Sequence record: MH051335.1
Strand: one strand, 5' to 3'
Source: Escherichia phage vB_EcoM-Ro157lw
Length of the DNA: 64,000 bases
Shown: piece after piece, positions 1 through 9,488 of the stretch
Layout: each line of letters opens with the position of its first letter
Position numbering within the stretch: position 1 is the first letter of the stretch
The notes under the pieces: generated by a model
Told to the model about the DNA's origin: nothing
Database searches by the model: none
Seen by the model: the letters and a program-made list of their open reading frames with translations, nothing else
Program-made: the position numbers and the translations under genes

Positions 1-50
1 TCCAGATTAGCAGTTGTGATAAAGTATTGTTCATGATAACCTCTTTAATT

Positions 51-71
51 CCCTTCCCATATCGGGAAGGG
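51..71 (+). terminator. GC-rich hairpin CCCTTCCC-ATATC-GGGAAGGG followed by A/T-rich tract; possible intrinsic terminator
   Basis: Perfect 8-bp inverted repeat with 5-nt loop read directly; downstream CAAATATTATTTT. Confidence 0.35.
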
Positions 72-229
72 CAAATATTATTTTACGCGAAAGAATAGGC
101 GCGTGCCACACAGCGAGTCCCAACGGCCCTCACCATCCCATATCGACCCAACACCAGCAGCGATTGGTCCAGCAGAATTGGCGGCATTGGCCCAGGCGAG
201 TCGTTTAAGCTTCCAACTGCACCAACGAT

Positions 230-463
230 TCACAGTTCGCCTCCAGACTTCAAAATTAATCCCGCATAGATTATTGCCAGAGCTAAAGGCGCACCGTCGC
301 CAGCCTCTCTATTCTCTTTGATTTGAAGAGTATCTTTTAGGAATTGAAGCTGAACGTTGAATTCATTTTCAATTCCAAGCACTCCAGCTAATCCTTTTAC
401 AGAATCTGCATATGCCTTGTCTATCACTTCTTTTGGCACCGTTAAGGTTAATTCATTTGCCAT
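230..463 (-). CDS. hypothetical protein (77 aa)
   Basis: ORF with GGAG-containing RBS upstream of ATG at 463; no recognisable motif. Confidence 0.4.
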   Translation of the reverse strand: MANELTLTVPKEVIDKAYADSVKGLAGVLGIENEFNVQLQFLKDTLQIKENREAGDGAPLALAIIYAGLILKSGGEL

Positions 464-674
464 TTTCTTTCCACTCCACAAATGTACTGCTACTTGTTTC
501 TCTATTTAGCAGGTATCTGCCGCGCATTCCACGAAGGCTGAATTCAACCGTCGATGGATTAGATTTTGAAAGCCACATCACTTGACCGTCGAACGGTCCG
601 CCAACGCATGTGTATTTGGCCTTTGGCTCACTCCTTTTGGGCCTCTTTGCCCGCTCTTTGATTGATAGTCTCAT
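453..674 (-). CDS. hypothetical basic protein (73 aa)
   Basis: ORF in six-frame track; Lys/Arg-rich N-terminus; overlaps neighbours by a few nt as in an operon. Confidence 0.35.
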   Translation of the reverse strand: MRLSIKERAKRPKRSEPKAKYTCVGGPFDGQVMWLSKSNPSTVEFSLRGMRGRYLLNRETSSSTFVEWKENGK

Positions 675-889
675 CAGTCTTCACCTTGAGATTCAAGACA
701 AGTAAGAACAAGCCACGTCATCGGAAGAATCAAAACCAGAGAAATAAGTGACCAAATGGACCAACACAAGATGACAGACTTGAATGTGTGAACGTCGCCA
801 AACGCAGCAGTGAAACAAAATCCCATTACGAAAGCAATCGCTGTGGAGTGATTATCAATGGCTTTGATGGCGCGGTCGATGAGTTTCAT
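674..889 (-). CDS. small membrane protein with two predicted transmembrane helices and charged C-terminus; holin-like
   Basis: 71 aa; hydrophobic stretches AIAFVMGFCFTAAFG and VILCWSIWSLISLVLILPMTWLVL; acidic C-terminal tail; size and topology as in class II holins. Confidence 0.4.
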   Translation of the reverse strand: MKLIDRAIKAIDNHSTAIAFVMGFCFTAAFGDVHTFKSVILCWSIWSLISLVLILPMTWLVLTCLESQGED

Positions 890-1037
890 ATTACCTCCGG
901 TTTTGAGTTAATATGATTATAATGCAGAATTTCAGAAAGGCAAACTTTTTGTGAATTTAAATTAAAAAAATGGCCAGAAATAATCTGGCCAAAAAGATCA
1001 CCCTTTATCCACTACTAAGCTGGAATCATAATTTTAC

Positions 1038-1067
1038 TTGATATAGCTGTCTCAAGCAAACTATAAT
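1038..1067 (+). promoter_or_regulatory. sigma70-like promoter candidate (TTGATA-18 nt-TATAAT) upstream of terminase gene
   Basis: Hexamers read directly; -10 abuts ATG 1068, so the true start codon may be the in-frame ATG at 1101. Confidence 0.3.
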
Positions 1068-2528
1068 ATGAATAAAATATTAACACATAATTGGAAAGTC
1101 ATGTACCAGTTGAATCCTGCTTTAAGAGAAGTCTGGAAGACGAAAGCGCGATACAAAGTCATATACGGCGGTCGTGCATCTTCCAAATCGCACGATGCCG
1201 CTGGTTTTGCTATTTATTTGGCGGCAAACTTCAAATTAAAATTCCTTTGCGTTCGACAATTCCAGAACAAGATTTCTGAATCAGTATATACGCTATTAAA
1301 AGATAAAATAGAGATTTCTGATTTTAAAGACGAGTTCAACTTATTAAAGAACTCTATTGAACACAAAAGAACAAAATCTGAATTTTTATTTTACGGTATC
1401 GCACGCAACGTTGACGAAATCAAATCAACAGAAGGTGTTGATGTTCTTTGGCTTGAAGAAGCGCATGCACTGACTGAAGAGCAATGGGACATCATTGAGC
1501 CGACAATTCGTAAGGAAGGGTCCGAAATATGGATCATATTTAACCCTGATGAAGAGGCTGATTTTGTCTACCAGAACTTTGTCATGCGACCGCCGAAGAA
1601 TGCCATCGTTAAGAAGATTAACTGGCAGGACAACCCATTCTTGTCGCAAACAATGCTGGATGTTATAGCTGGCATGTATGAGCGCGACCCGAAAAAGGCA
1701 GAACACGTTTATGGCGGAGTACCGAAGACTGGCGGCGACAAGTCGGTCATCAACCGTGCATTTGTCAAGGCCGCGCTAAACCTCCACAAACACCCTACGC
1801 TGGGGTGGAGCTTGTCAGGGTCTAACCGTATAGGCTTCGACGTGGCGGACGACGGCGACGACTTAAACGCCACAGCGTTTGTCACAGGCAACGTATTACG
1901 TGGCATCAAGACATGGGAAGGTCTGGAAGATGAATTGCTTAAGTCCGCAAGCGGAGTTTGGAAAGACGCATTGACATTCGGCGCATCAATCACCTATGAC
2001 GCCATCGGTGTTGGTGCATTTGCTGGTTCAAAATTTGATGAGCTTAATGAGTATGCAATCCATGAAAATCCAACATTCCCAAGAATCGAATTTAATGCGT
2101 TCAACGCGCAAGGTGCTGTTGATGATCCTGATGACGTTTTCCTTGAGTTACCACACGTTGAAATACTCAATAAAGACCATTTCGCAAACATAAAAGCGCA
2201 AAAATGGACTGAGATTGCCGAACGATTCAGAAAGACATATGAGTATGCGACAGGGCAAGCCGTATATCCGACCGATGAGTTGATTTCCATCGACACAGAC
2301 GGCATCCCAGAACTTGGTATTCCCGCTTGGTCTGCCGAAGAAATTGAGACGTTTCTTTTTGAGATGTCAGCACCGCGCAAAGACACGTCTGTTCTTGGTA
2401 AGTTCAAAGTTGAATCGAAAAAAGATATGGCAAAGCGTGGAGTCAAATCGCCTAACAAAGCGGACGCAGCAATCATGGCATTGATGAAACCAATTGTTGC
2501 AGCATCCGGCTTCTTCTCTAACCTTTAA
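1068..2528 (+). CDS. terL: terminase large subunit (ATPase plus nuclease)
   Basis: Walker A-like GGRASSKS near N-terminus, Walker B-like VLWLEEAH, acidic nuclease-type C-terminal half; first gene of the structural module. Alternative start at 1101. Confidence 0.85.
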   Translation: MNKILTHNWKVMYQLNPALREVWKTKARYKVIYGGRASSKSHDAAGFAIYLAANFKLKFLCVRQFQNKISESVYTLLKDKIEISDFKDEFNLLKNSIEHKRTKSEFLFYGIARNVDEIKSTEGVDVLWLEEAHALTEEQWDIIEPTIRKEGSEIWIIFNPDEEADFVYQNFVMRPPKNAIVKKINWQDNPFLSQTMLDVIAGMYERDPKKAEHVYGGVPKTGGDKSVINRAFVKAALNLHKHPTLGWSLSGSNRIGFDVADDGDDLNATAFVTGNVLRGIKTWEGLEDELLKSASGVWKDALTFGASITYDAIGVGAFAGSKFDELNEYAIHENPTFPRIEFNAFNAQGAVDDPDDVFLELPHVEILNKDHFANIKAQKWTEIAERFRKTYEYATGQAVYPTDELISIDTDGIPELGIPAWSAEEIETFLFEMSAPRKDTSVLGKFKVESKKDMAKRGVKSPNKADAAIMALMKPIVAASGFFSNL

Positions 2529-2531
2529 CAA

Positions 2532-2771
2532 TTAAAGCATTCCGTGCTGAAGGTCGAGCTTTCTTGCGGCAAACGACCTGGCACGGAATCGCTTACCCGC
2601 CCTTACTGCCTGTCGAATTTTCTTTTGCAAACACTTACGGTCAAAATCGTTGCGGTCGACGGCTTCGAGTAAATCGCGACGCAGTGCACCCAGTGTCGAC
2701 TTATCGGAGACTTCGACGCCGAGCGCGGCTGCAACATCTTTCAAAACATCGAGTTCGGTTAAAGTTCTCAT
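2532..2771 (-). CDS. hypothetical protein (79 aa) with SAP/HeH-like N-terminus and basic C-terminus
   Basis: ORF antisense to the structural operon; N-terminal LTELDVLKDVAAALGVEVSDKSTLGALRRDL resembles a helix-extension-helix DNA-binding motif. Confidence 0.35.
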   Translation of the reverse strand: MRTLTELDVLKDVAAALGVEVSDKSTLGALRRDLLEAVDRNDFDRKCLQKKIRQAVRAGKRFRARSFAARKLDLQHGML

Positions 2772-3184
2772 TTAATAATCCCCTTGATGTCTGATTCTGC
2801 CATGAAGATTGGAGTGCCGCCGCCAGGAACAATCGAGCGCGTAACTTTGTCAAACATATCGTTTTCTTCAACTTGAATACGATAAAATTTATTTTTGGAT
2901 GAAGATGGGCACAATCCCATAAATTTGCCGATTCCGCGAACGCATTCATCTTCAAAGTATACTGTTTCACCTTGAATGGAGTCGATATTGTCTACTGGAT
3001 AGACTTTGCGACCCAACAACCACTCATCCAAAGTCGCCTGCAAGACGTTTCGCGCATCTAAAATCCACGGGTCAATAGTAGCACCTTCGTATCGCGCAGC
3101 AGTGGCCTTTGCCAGTTCTTCATATTCGCATACGTTAACGACTTCGCCGTTGTGTAGGACGACAAATACAATTGTTGTGCTCAT
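2768..3184 (-). CDS. hypothetical protein (138 aa)
   Basis: ORF with 4-nt ATGA overlap to the downstream gene; AT-rich promoter region upstream at 3185-3313. Confidence 0.45.
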   Translation of the reverse strand: MSTTIVFVVLHNGEVVNVCEYEELAKATAARYEGATIDPWILDARNVLQATLDEWLLGRKVYPVDNIDSIQGETVYFEDECVRGIGKFMGLCPSSSKNKFYRIQVEENDMFDKVTRSIVPGGGTPIFMAESDIKGIIK

Positions 3185-3279
3185 TTCAATCTCCTTTCGT
3201 TTGGTTAACTAAAATATAACTCAAAATGATACAAAAGCAAAATATTTTATGAACTATTTATGATCACCATACATATCAT

Positions 3280-3308
3280 TTGCTTACAAACACATGAATA
3301 TTTATAAT
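3280..3308 (+). promoter_or_regulatory. sigma70-like promoter candidate (TTGCTT-17 nt-TATAAT) upstream of portal gene
   Basis: Hexamers and spacing read directly in a divergent intergenic region. Confidence 0.35.
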
Positions 3309-3346
3309 ATAGATTGATTCCCTTTCACTGTCAGGTGGCGTTAACA

Positions 3347-5722
3347 ATGAAAATTCTTGGCATAAAACTCTGGGAGAAGACGCAACCAGAAGCCGAACCA
3401 GCGGAGATGCCGCCAGGCGACCCATTGGCACCGTTTGAACGCCTTGAAAGGCGCGGCAGCGGTCAACGCTGGGAAAAGACTGAAAGCAATCGACCGACCT
3501 TTAAAACGGTTGATGACTTCCCTTTATATGAGCCTGATATTAATGGCGATGGTGTTGCAATCATAAAAGGTCGTTCAGTCGATTCCGCAACAGTATCCAA
3601 AAAGGTTATGGATAATGCCTTAAAGAACATCAGTTCAGAAGGGCAAGTCAACCCATACACAGTACCTATTCAACTTCAAAACTGGTATTTGTCACAGTCA
3701 TTCATCGGCTATCAAGCTTGCGCAATTATAGCGCAGCACTGGCTGGTGAACAAGGCTTGTTCCATGGTAGGCCGCGATGCGGTCCGTAAAGGCTGGGAAG
3801 TTAAATCCAGTTCTGAGTCAGAATTGTCAGTACAAGCCAGCGAACGCCTAAAGCAAATTGATAAAGAATTTAATATCAAAGAGCACTTAGTTGAAGCCGA
3901 ACGATTCAAAAATATTTTTGGTATCCGCGTCATCATATTTGATGTGCGTAGCGATGACCCAGAATATTACAGCAAGCCTTTTAACATTGATGGTGTGACA
4001 AAGGGGTCTTATAAGGGAATCATTCAGGTTGACCCTTATTGGATGATGCCATTTTTGACGTCTGAAAACACCGCCGACCCTGCATCACAGCACTTCTATG
4101 ATCCAGAATACTGGGTGATCAGTGGACAACGTTATCATCGAAGTCACCTCATCATCTTGCGCAATGATGAGCCAGCTGATATTCTCAAGCCAACTTATAT
4201 TTACGGCGGCATTCCTCTGACTCAGCAGATTTATGAACGCATCTATGCCGCTGAACGTACCGCTAACGAAGCGCCATTGCTGGCGATGTCCAAGCGTACA
4301 ACCACGCTGCGGACCGACGTTGACAAGGCTATTGCCAATGAGCGGTCTTTTGCAGAACGTCTGATGATGTGGATCAAGTACCGCGACAACTATGCAGTCA
4401 AAGTGCTTGGCCAAAAAGAAGAGATGGACCAGTTTGACATCAACTTGTCAGACTTCGACAGCATCATCATGAACCAGTACCAGCTTGTGGCCGCAATCGC
4501 AAAAGTTCCGTCGACCAAACTGCTTGGGACTTCGCCAAAAGGCTTTAACGCCACTGGTGAATTCGAGATGGTCAGCTATCACGAAGAGTTGGAAACGTGC
4601 CAGCAGCATGACCTGACAAAAATTCTCGACCGCCATTACAAAATCCTTCTCAAATCAGAAGGGGTGGATGTCGATGTTAAGGTTGCATGGGAACCAGTTG
4701 GCTCACTTACTGCTACTCAACTTGCAGAAATCAATGATAAGCGAGCCAACACTGGCAAAACTCTTATTGATGCTGGCGTCATTTCTCCTGATGAAGAGCG
4801 CGACCGCATCAAAGACGACAAAAACAGCGGCTACAACCGTCTGCCGGAAGACGCAGCAGAAGAAACCCCAGGGATGTCTCCAGAGAATATGGCATTGCTT
4901 GGCAAGTCTGCTGGTGAAGTCCTGCAAGGTAAGGCCGATATTGAACAGGCGAAAGCTGATGTCGTTAAGATGGGCGGCCAGTTCTATAGCGAAACAGGTA
5001 TTATGCCAGAGGGTGCCGCGCGTGGTGAGTTGGCGGAAAACCCTGACAAGGCGCCTGTCGAAATCAACATGGACGATACCGATGATGAATCAAGCCATCA
5101 GGTTGATGTCCTAACGCAGTTGAAAGAAGGGCTGGAGGGTATTGCGGATTACTACCTGAAAGAAGGTCAGGATGTGGATTTTGACCCTCAAAAAGATTCA
5201 CGGTCGGTGCAACCGTCTACCCTTCCAAGCGTTAAAGGACACGTCGTCAACTTACGCCACAACGTGGGTAAAATGGACGCAGCATCATTACCTAAGATGA
5301 AGTTGCACGGAATGATTCTTGGCATTGAGAATCCGCGAAACAGCATTCGTAGAGGAAACAGCCTTGACGGTGAATGGGCCGTGAAGATGCCGCACCACTA
5401 CGGATTCATCAAGGGCACCAAGGGCGCAGACGGTGATGAAGTCGACTGCTTTGTGGGTCCAAATCTGAAGTCGCCGAAAGTCTTTATCGTGAACCAAAAC
5501 GATAACTACTCTGGCGAGTTTGATGAACACAAGTGTATGCTTGGATTCGATTCAGCAGAAGAAGCGAAAGAAGCTTATCAAGCATCATTTGGTAACGGTT
5601 GGAACGGATTCGACTCAATCCACGAATTAGATGTGAACTCATTCAAGGAGTGGTTGAAGGGTGATTGCTCTCAAGCATACGGAGCACTCAATAATCCTAC
5701 TAATTCACCGAAGCAAGGTTGA
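3347..5722 (+). CDS. portal protein with C-terminal inorganic-pyrophosphatase-like extension
   Basis: About 790 aa immediately after the terminase; RBS AGGTGG before ATG 3347; C-terminal 130 aa carry the DGDEVDC motif matching the family I pyrophosphatase signature. Confidence 0.75.
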   Translation: MKILGIKLWEKTQPEAEPAEMPPGDPLAPFERLERRGSGQRWEKTESNRPTFKTVDDFPLYEPDINGDGVAIIKGRSVDSATVSKKVMDNALKNISSEGQVNPYTVPIQLQNWYLSQSFIGYQACAIIAQHWLVNKACSMVGRDAVRKGWEVKSSSESELSVQASERLKQIDKEFNIKEHLVEAERFKNIFGIRVIIFDVRSDDPEYYSKPFNIDGVTKGSYKGIIQVDPYWMMPFLTSENTADPASQHFYDPEYWVISGQRYHRSHLIILRNDEPADILKPTYIYGGIPLTQQIYERIYAAERTANEAPLLAMSKRTTTLRTDVDKAIANERSFAERLMMWIKYRDNYAVKVLGQKEEMDQFDINLSDFDSIIMNQYQLVAAIAKVPSTKLLGTSPKGFNATGEFEMVSYHEELETCQQHDLTKILDRHYKILLKSEGVDVDVKVAWEPVGSLTATQLAEINDKRANTGKTLIDAGVISPDEERDRIKDDKNSGYNRLPEDAAEETPGMSPENMALLGKSAGEVLQGKADIEQAKADVVKMGGQFYSETGIMPEGAARGELAENPDKAPVEINMDDTDDESSHQVDVLTQLKEGLEGIADYYLKEGQDVDFDPQKDSRSVQPSTLPSVKGHVVNLRHNVGKMDAASLPKMKLHGMILGIENPRNSIRRGNSLDGEWAVKMPHHYGFIKGTKGADGDEVDCFVGPNLKSPKVFIVNQNDNYSGEFDEHKCMLGFDSAEEAKEAYQASFGNGWNGFDSIHELDVNSFKEWLKGDCSQAYGALNNPTNSPKQG

Positions 5723-5723
5723 T

Positions 5724-6575
5724 ATGGCTTTTAAAGCTTCGAAAAAACGTGAACGCCGCTCACCCGATAGAATCGGGCGCGGCAGTCCGATAATCCCATC
5801 AAACGCTATTGCGATGGCCTACCGTCGTGAGATGAAAGGTCTTTGCTATGCGATGATTGATGACTATCAGGCAGGAATTTCAGAGTGGCTTGAAAAGAAG
5901 CAGGTGCAGAAGTTCTTTGCGCAAGACTCTGCTGATTCAACATTCCAAACTCTTATGAAACGTCTGCAGCTGAAATGGGCAAAGGCGTTTGCTCGTGTTG
6001 GGTCGAAGATTGCCGCTGATTTTATCAAGTCGGTTGAAAAGGGTGCTACTTCTGCTACATTCGCCAGCCTTAAGTCCGCAGGCATAGAAGCGCCAAAGGC
6101 CACATATAACAAATTCGTTGAGAACACTCTTAGAACAAGCGAGACGTTTAACACGACTCTAGTGACTAAGGTCGGCGAGGATATTCACAACAGAGTGTAC
6201 GAAGCAGTCATGCTTTCGCTGACTTCGCCCGACCCAGCCCAGCAAGGCACGTCAGGCATTCAGGCGGCGCTGCGAAACGTAAAACACTTCTCTGCAAAGA
6301 GAGTCGACTTAATCGCTAAAGACCAGACAAGCAAATTGTATTGCGTTCTAAGCGATGAAAGGATGCGCCAGAATGGAGTTGAAGAATTTGAATGGGCGCA
6401 CTCAGGAGCAGGAAAGGAGCCGCGAATCTCTCATGAACACGTCGACGGAATGAGATTTAAACTTGATGACAAGCGCCTATGGGAAGTTGGCGGAGAATTG
6501 AAGTTCAAAAAGGGTGACATCGGTCCTCCTGGATGGGCAATACACTGCAAGTGCAGGAAAATACCAATCATTTGA
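5724..6575 (+). CDS. head morphogenesis protein (SPP1 gp7 / Mu gpF-like minor head protein)
   Basis: Position directly after portal; basic N-terminus; C-terminal ...GWAIHCKCRK typical of this family. Confidence 0.55.
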   Translation: MAFKASKKRERRSPDRIGRGSPIIPSNAIAMAYRREMKGLCYAMIDDYQAGISEWLEKKQVQKFFAQDSADSTFQTLMKRLQLKWAKAFARVGSKIAADFIKSVEKGATSATFASLKSAGIEAPKATYNKFVENTLRTSETFNTTLVTKVGEDIHNRVYEAVMLSLTSPDPAQQGTSGIQAALRNVKHFSAKRVDLIAKDQTSKLYCVLSDERMRQNGVEEFEWAHSGAGKEPRISHEHVDGMRFKLDDKRLWEVGGELKFKKGDIGPPGWAIHCKCRKIPII

Positions 6576-6582
6576 GGTCATT

Positions 6583-7503
6583 ATGACGATACCAATCAGC
6601 ACGTTTCCTATATCTGGACAAACGCCAGTATTACCTGCTGTATATGCGAACGGTTTGGCGATTGTTTCAGAATTTACATCCGATAAAAATTTGATTGTTC
6701 CATTGAGTCCGCCATTGGCATCTGGATACAATTCAGTCGGCCAATTCTTTATGATCGGTAATGATGGCGATTCTACCAGCAAGCCGAATCTGACACTTTC
6801 AGTTCCCAAAATGGACATAACAGACGTGCAGACTGGTTTAACTGCATCTACAATCACCATCGCTTTTGGAGAAGCGGTGATTATAGGCATGGAGTCTGGA
6901 GGGTCCAAGAATGCTGTCGCCGTTAAGGTAGTCAAATCCAGCGGCAACCAATACACGTTACCAGCGGCAACGGCTTCTGTTCTCGGCGGCGTCAAGATAG
7001 GAAGTGGCATAAGTGTTGCAGGTGACGGTACAATTAGTGTTACTCAATACTCGTTACCGATTGCATCAGCATCAACCTTGGGTGGCGTAAAAGTAGGAAC
7101 GACACTATCAATTGATGGTTCTGGCGTCCTTAATGCTGCTGCAAGCACTGTGCAGAACGCAAGCAACAGCGTAAGCAATCCTCCGACAACTCTGGTGAAT
7201 CTGGCAACCTTAAACCTGCCTGCAGGGAAATGGCTTGTGACAGCAAGTCAGTTGACTGTCGCGACAGAAGGAGTTCAAGCGAATACCGGAATTACAGTAA
7301 AATTGTCAACAAGTAATTCAGATATTACGGATGATGCATTCACGATGTCTGCTGGCATTCGGGCTGCAGGTCGTTTCGGCGGCAATATTCCAACAAAGAT
7401 AATTACTCTTGCCGCGCCTGGCAACGTGTATCTAAACTATCAATGCACAGACGCATTGACATCTACCGTTTACGGACAGATCACCGCAATTAAGTTGAAC
7501 TAA
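6583..7503 (+). CDS. virion structural protein with internal S-x-LGGVK-x-G repeats (fibre or decoration-like)
   Basis: Repeats ASVLGGVKIGSGISVAGDGTISV and ASTLGGVKVGTTLSIDGSGVLNA; Gly/Ser/Thr-rich composition. Confidence 0.45.
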   Translation: MTIPISTFPISGQTPVLPAVYANGLAIVSEFTSDKNLIVPLSPPLASGYNSVGQFFMIGNDGDSTSKPNLTLSVPKMDITDVQTGLTASTITIAFGEAVIIGMESGGSKNAVAVKVVKSSGNQYTLPAATASVLGGVKIGSGISVAGDGTISVTQYSLPIASASTLGGVKVGTTLSIDGSGVLNAAASTVQNASNSVSNPPTTLVNLATLNLPAGKWLVTASQLTVATEGVQANTGITVKLSTSNSDITDDAFTMSAGIRAAGRFGGNIPTKIITLAAPGNVYLNYQCTDALTSTVYGQITAIKLN

Positions 7504-7513
7504 AGAGGAAGTT

Positions 7514-7651
7514 ATGCAAAAGATTATTCAGTCACGTTACGTTAAAGTGCGAAATATTAATTGCAACTCTTTGCTTTCTTGGAAATGGGCTGTTTACGAC
7601 TCGATGCTGATTGGCGTTTTAGTTGCTGGAGTGCTTTTTAATATTCACTGA
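7514..7651 (+). CDS. small hydrophobic protein (45 aa)
   Basis: Good RBS AGAGGAAG before ATG; hydrophobic stretch MLIGVLVAGVLF; below the length cutoff of the ORF track. Confidence 0.3.
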   Translation: MQKIIQSRYVKVRNINCNSLLSWKWAVYDSMLIGVLVAGVLFNIH

Positions 7652-7689
7652 ATCGCCTGGCAATGGATTGCCGCAGGATTTTACGCGTA

Positions 7690-7965
7690 TAATGACGTAT
7701 CATCCGTATCAAGTAAGTAGTTGTTTTCAAAAGAATCTTACGGATGATACGGATGATACGCGTTGCCGCGATAATTTATAGGAATTCAAATAAATTAATT
7801 TAAAATTATATATCTAATTTAATTTTATTTTTTTATAAACTCTTATATATGAAAAGTATCCGTATCATCCGTATCATCCGTAGCACACCAGTGATAGCGC
7901 GGCTTATACACCGATACGGATAAAAATACGCCTCATTTTATCCGTATCATCCGTATCACACTAAT
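7690..7965. repeat. iteron-like direct and inverted repeats of ATCCGTATCATCCGTATCA flanking an extremely AT-rich core
   Basis: Copies at 7695-7713, 7741-7760 (inverted), 7857-7884, 7911-7921 and 7937-7960; AT-rich core 7770-7856. Confidence 0.7.
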
Positions 7966-8073
7966 TAAGGCGCGGCTATATCGGTTGTTATACATATTCA
8001 AACCATAATTATTGTTTGCCTAAGTTTTTTTCATTAGATATAATACACAATACTTATTTGAGGGTGGATGCGA

Positions 8074-9486
8074 ATGCAAACGGCACGCGAAATTGACAAA
8101 AATGGATTCTTGACGATTGTGGGTTGTCCCATTTCGTCATTTGGCATTTTTGATTATTCTGCAGGTCAGGTTGGACTTGATGGTGATCCGAATCGCATCG
8201 TAAAAGTTTATCGCCCAGAGTCAGCGGTGAAAGACCCCGAAGCGATAGATTCATTCAAAAATATCCCTTTCATCGACAATCACGAAATGCTTTCTGGATT
8301 CGAAGGTGATGAGGATAACACAGCACCCGAAGAGTATGGCGTTGATGGCGTTCTGACTGGCAATGTTTATTATGACAAGCCATGGATGCGCGGCGACCTT
8401 AAAGTTTTTAGCCGTCGTCTGAAGAAGGCCATCGATTCTGGAAAGGTTGACTTGTCTTTGGGCTATGACTGTGAATTCATCATACAGTCTGGAGAGTTTG
8501 ACGGGCAGCCGTATGAAGTGGTACAGACAACTCTTCGCGGCAACCACATTGCTCTCGTGGACGTTGGTCGAGTACCAGGTGCACGGGTGCTGGATGGTCG
8601 TTGCTTTGACCATCTTTGTTTGACGACTGTAACACCATCCAACGAGGATTTAGACATGCCAAAACCGTTAAAAGGTAAAGCGCGTGATAATGCTGTTGAA
8701 CAGCTGAAATCACTGATCCCTGCGCTCGAACAATTTCTGAATGAAGAGAGCACCGAAGCTGCTCATCAGGACGAAGTTGAAGTGAAAGCAGAAGAGAAGG
8801 ATTCAACCGAAGAACGTGAAGAAGTGATGGTTGATCCAGAAGTCAAAGCAGAAGCTGAAGAGACTCCAGAAGGTGAAGAGAAGTTTGAAGTTGAAACTGA
8901 ATCTCACGCTGGCGGCGAGCTTCCGCAACTGATCAGCCAAATCGAAGCACTTATTGCAAAACTGAAAGGTGGCGCGGTAGGTGATGAAGAAGAAGTTGAA
9001 GCCGAAGTCAAAGACGAAGAAGTTGAAGTCAAGGCTGAAGATGTATCACCTTGCGACAAAGCTGAAGATGTGGTTAGCGGCCTGCAAAACAGCAACGTAA
9101 AGGGGGCTTCGGTCGAAAAAGATGACAAACCGACAAAAGCGGCGAAAGCGTCGCCAGGTCCAGCAAAAGGGGAACACTCAATGGCATCTGATTCAGCAGT
9201 TGCTGCTTTCTACGCTGATTCTGCTCGTAAGAATAGCCTCTACCAGCGCCTGTCTAAAGTTGTTGGTGCCTTTGATCATGCAACTATGGACTCCAAGTCC
9301 GTAGCGAAATATGGCGCTAAAAAGTTAGGCTTGAAGTGCGTTGATGGTGCTGAGTTTGACGTGGTGGATAATTATCTGCGCGGCGTTGAACACGGTCAAA
9401 AACAGCGTGTAGTCGCAAAACAAAAGGCCGCTGCGGATTCTGCAGCAACTGACGAAGCATTTGAAGCTTGGTTGAAAGGGGAATAA
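8074..9486 (+). CDS. scaffolding protein with acidic coiled-coil central region; possible N-terminal prohead-protease-like domain
   Basis: Sits between portal/head morphogenesis and capsid genes; long Glu-rich low-complexity segment; ATG 8074 has better RBS spacing than 8068. Confidence 0.5.
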   Translation: MQTAREIDKNGFLTIVGCPISSFGIFDYSAGQVGLDGDPNRIVKVYRPESAVKDPEAIDSFKNIPFIDNHEMLSGFEGDEDNTAPEEYGVDGVLTGNVYYDKPWMRGDLKVFSRRLKKAIDSGKVDLSLGYDCEFIIQSGEFDGQPYEVVQTTLRGNHIALVDVGRVPGARVLDGRCFDHLCLTTVTPSNEDLDMPKPLKGKARDNAVEQLKSLIPALEQFLNEESTEAAHQDEVEVKAEEKDSTEEREEVMVDPEVKAEAEETPEGEEKFEVETESHAGGELPQLISQIEALIAKLKGGAVGDEEEVEAEVKDEEVEVKAEDVSPCDKAEDVVSGLQNSNVKGASVEKDDKPTKAAKASPGPAKGEHSMASDSAVAAFYADSARKNSLYQRLSKVVGAFDHATMDSKSVAKYGAKKLGLKCVDGAEFDVVDNYLRGVEHGQKQRVVAKQKAAADSAATDEAFEAWLKGE

Positions 9487-9488
9487 AC

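Noticed and set aside
1994-2476. 160-aa minus-strand ORF within the terminase gene, and similar antisense ORFs such as 6477-7010, 33160-33645 and 19010-19363
   Set aside because: Fully nested antisense to long motif-bearing genes, with no independent start signals; treated as spurious.
7690-7965. Possible CRISPR array, because of the repeated ATCCGTATCA units
   Set aside because: Repeats are short (10-19 bp), irregularly spaced and in both orientations, with no uniform spacers and no cas genes.
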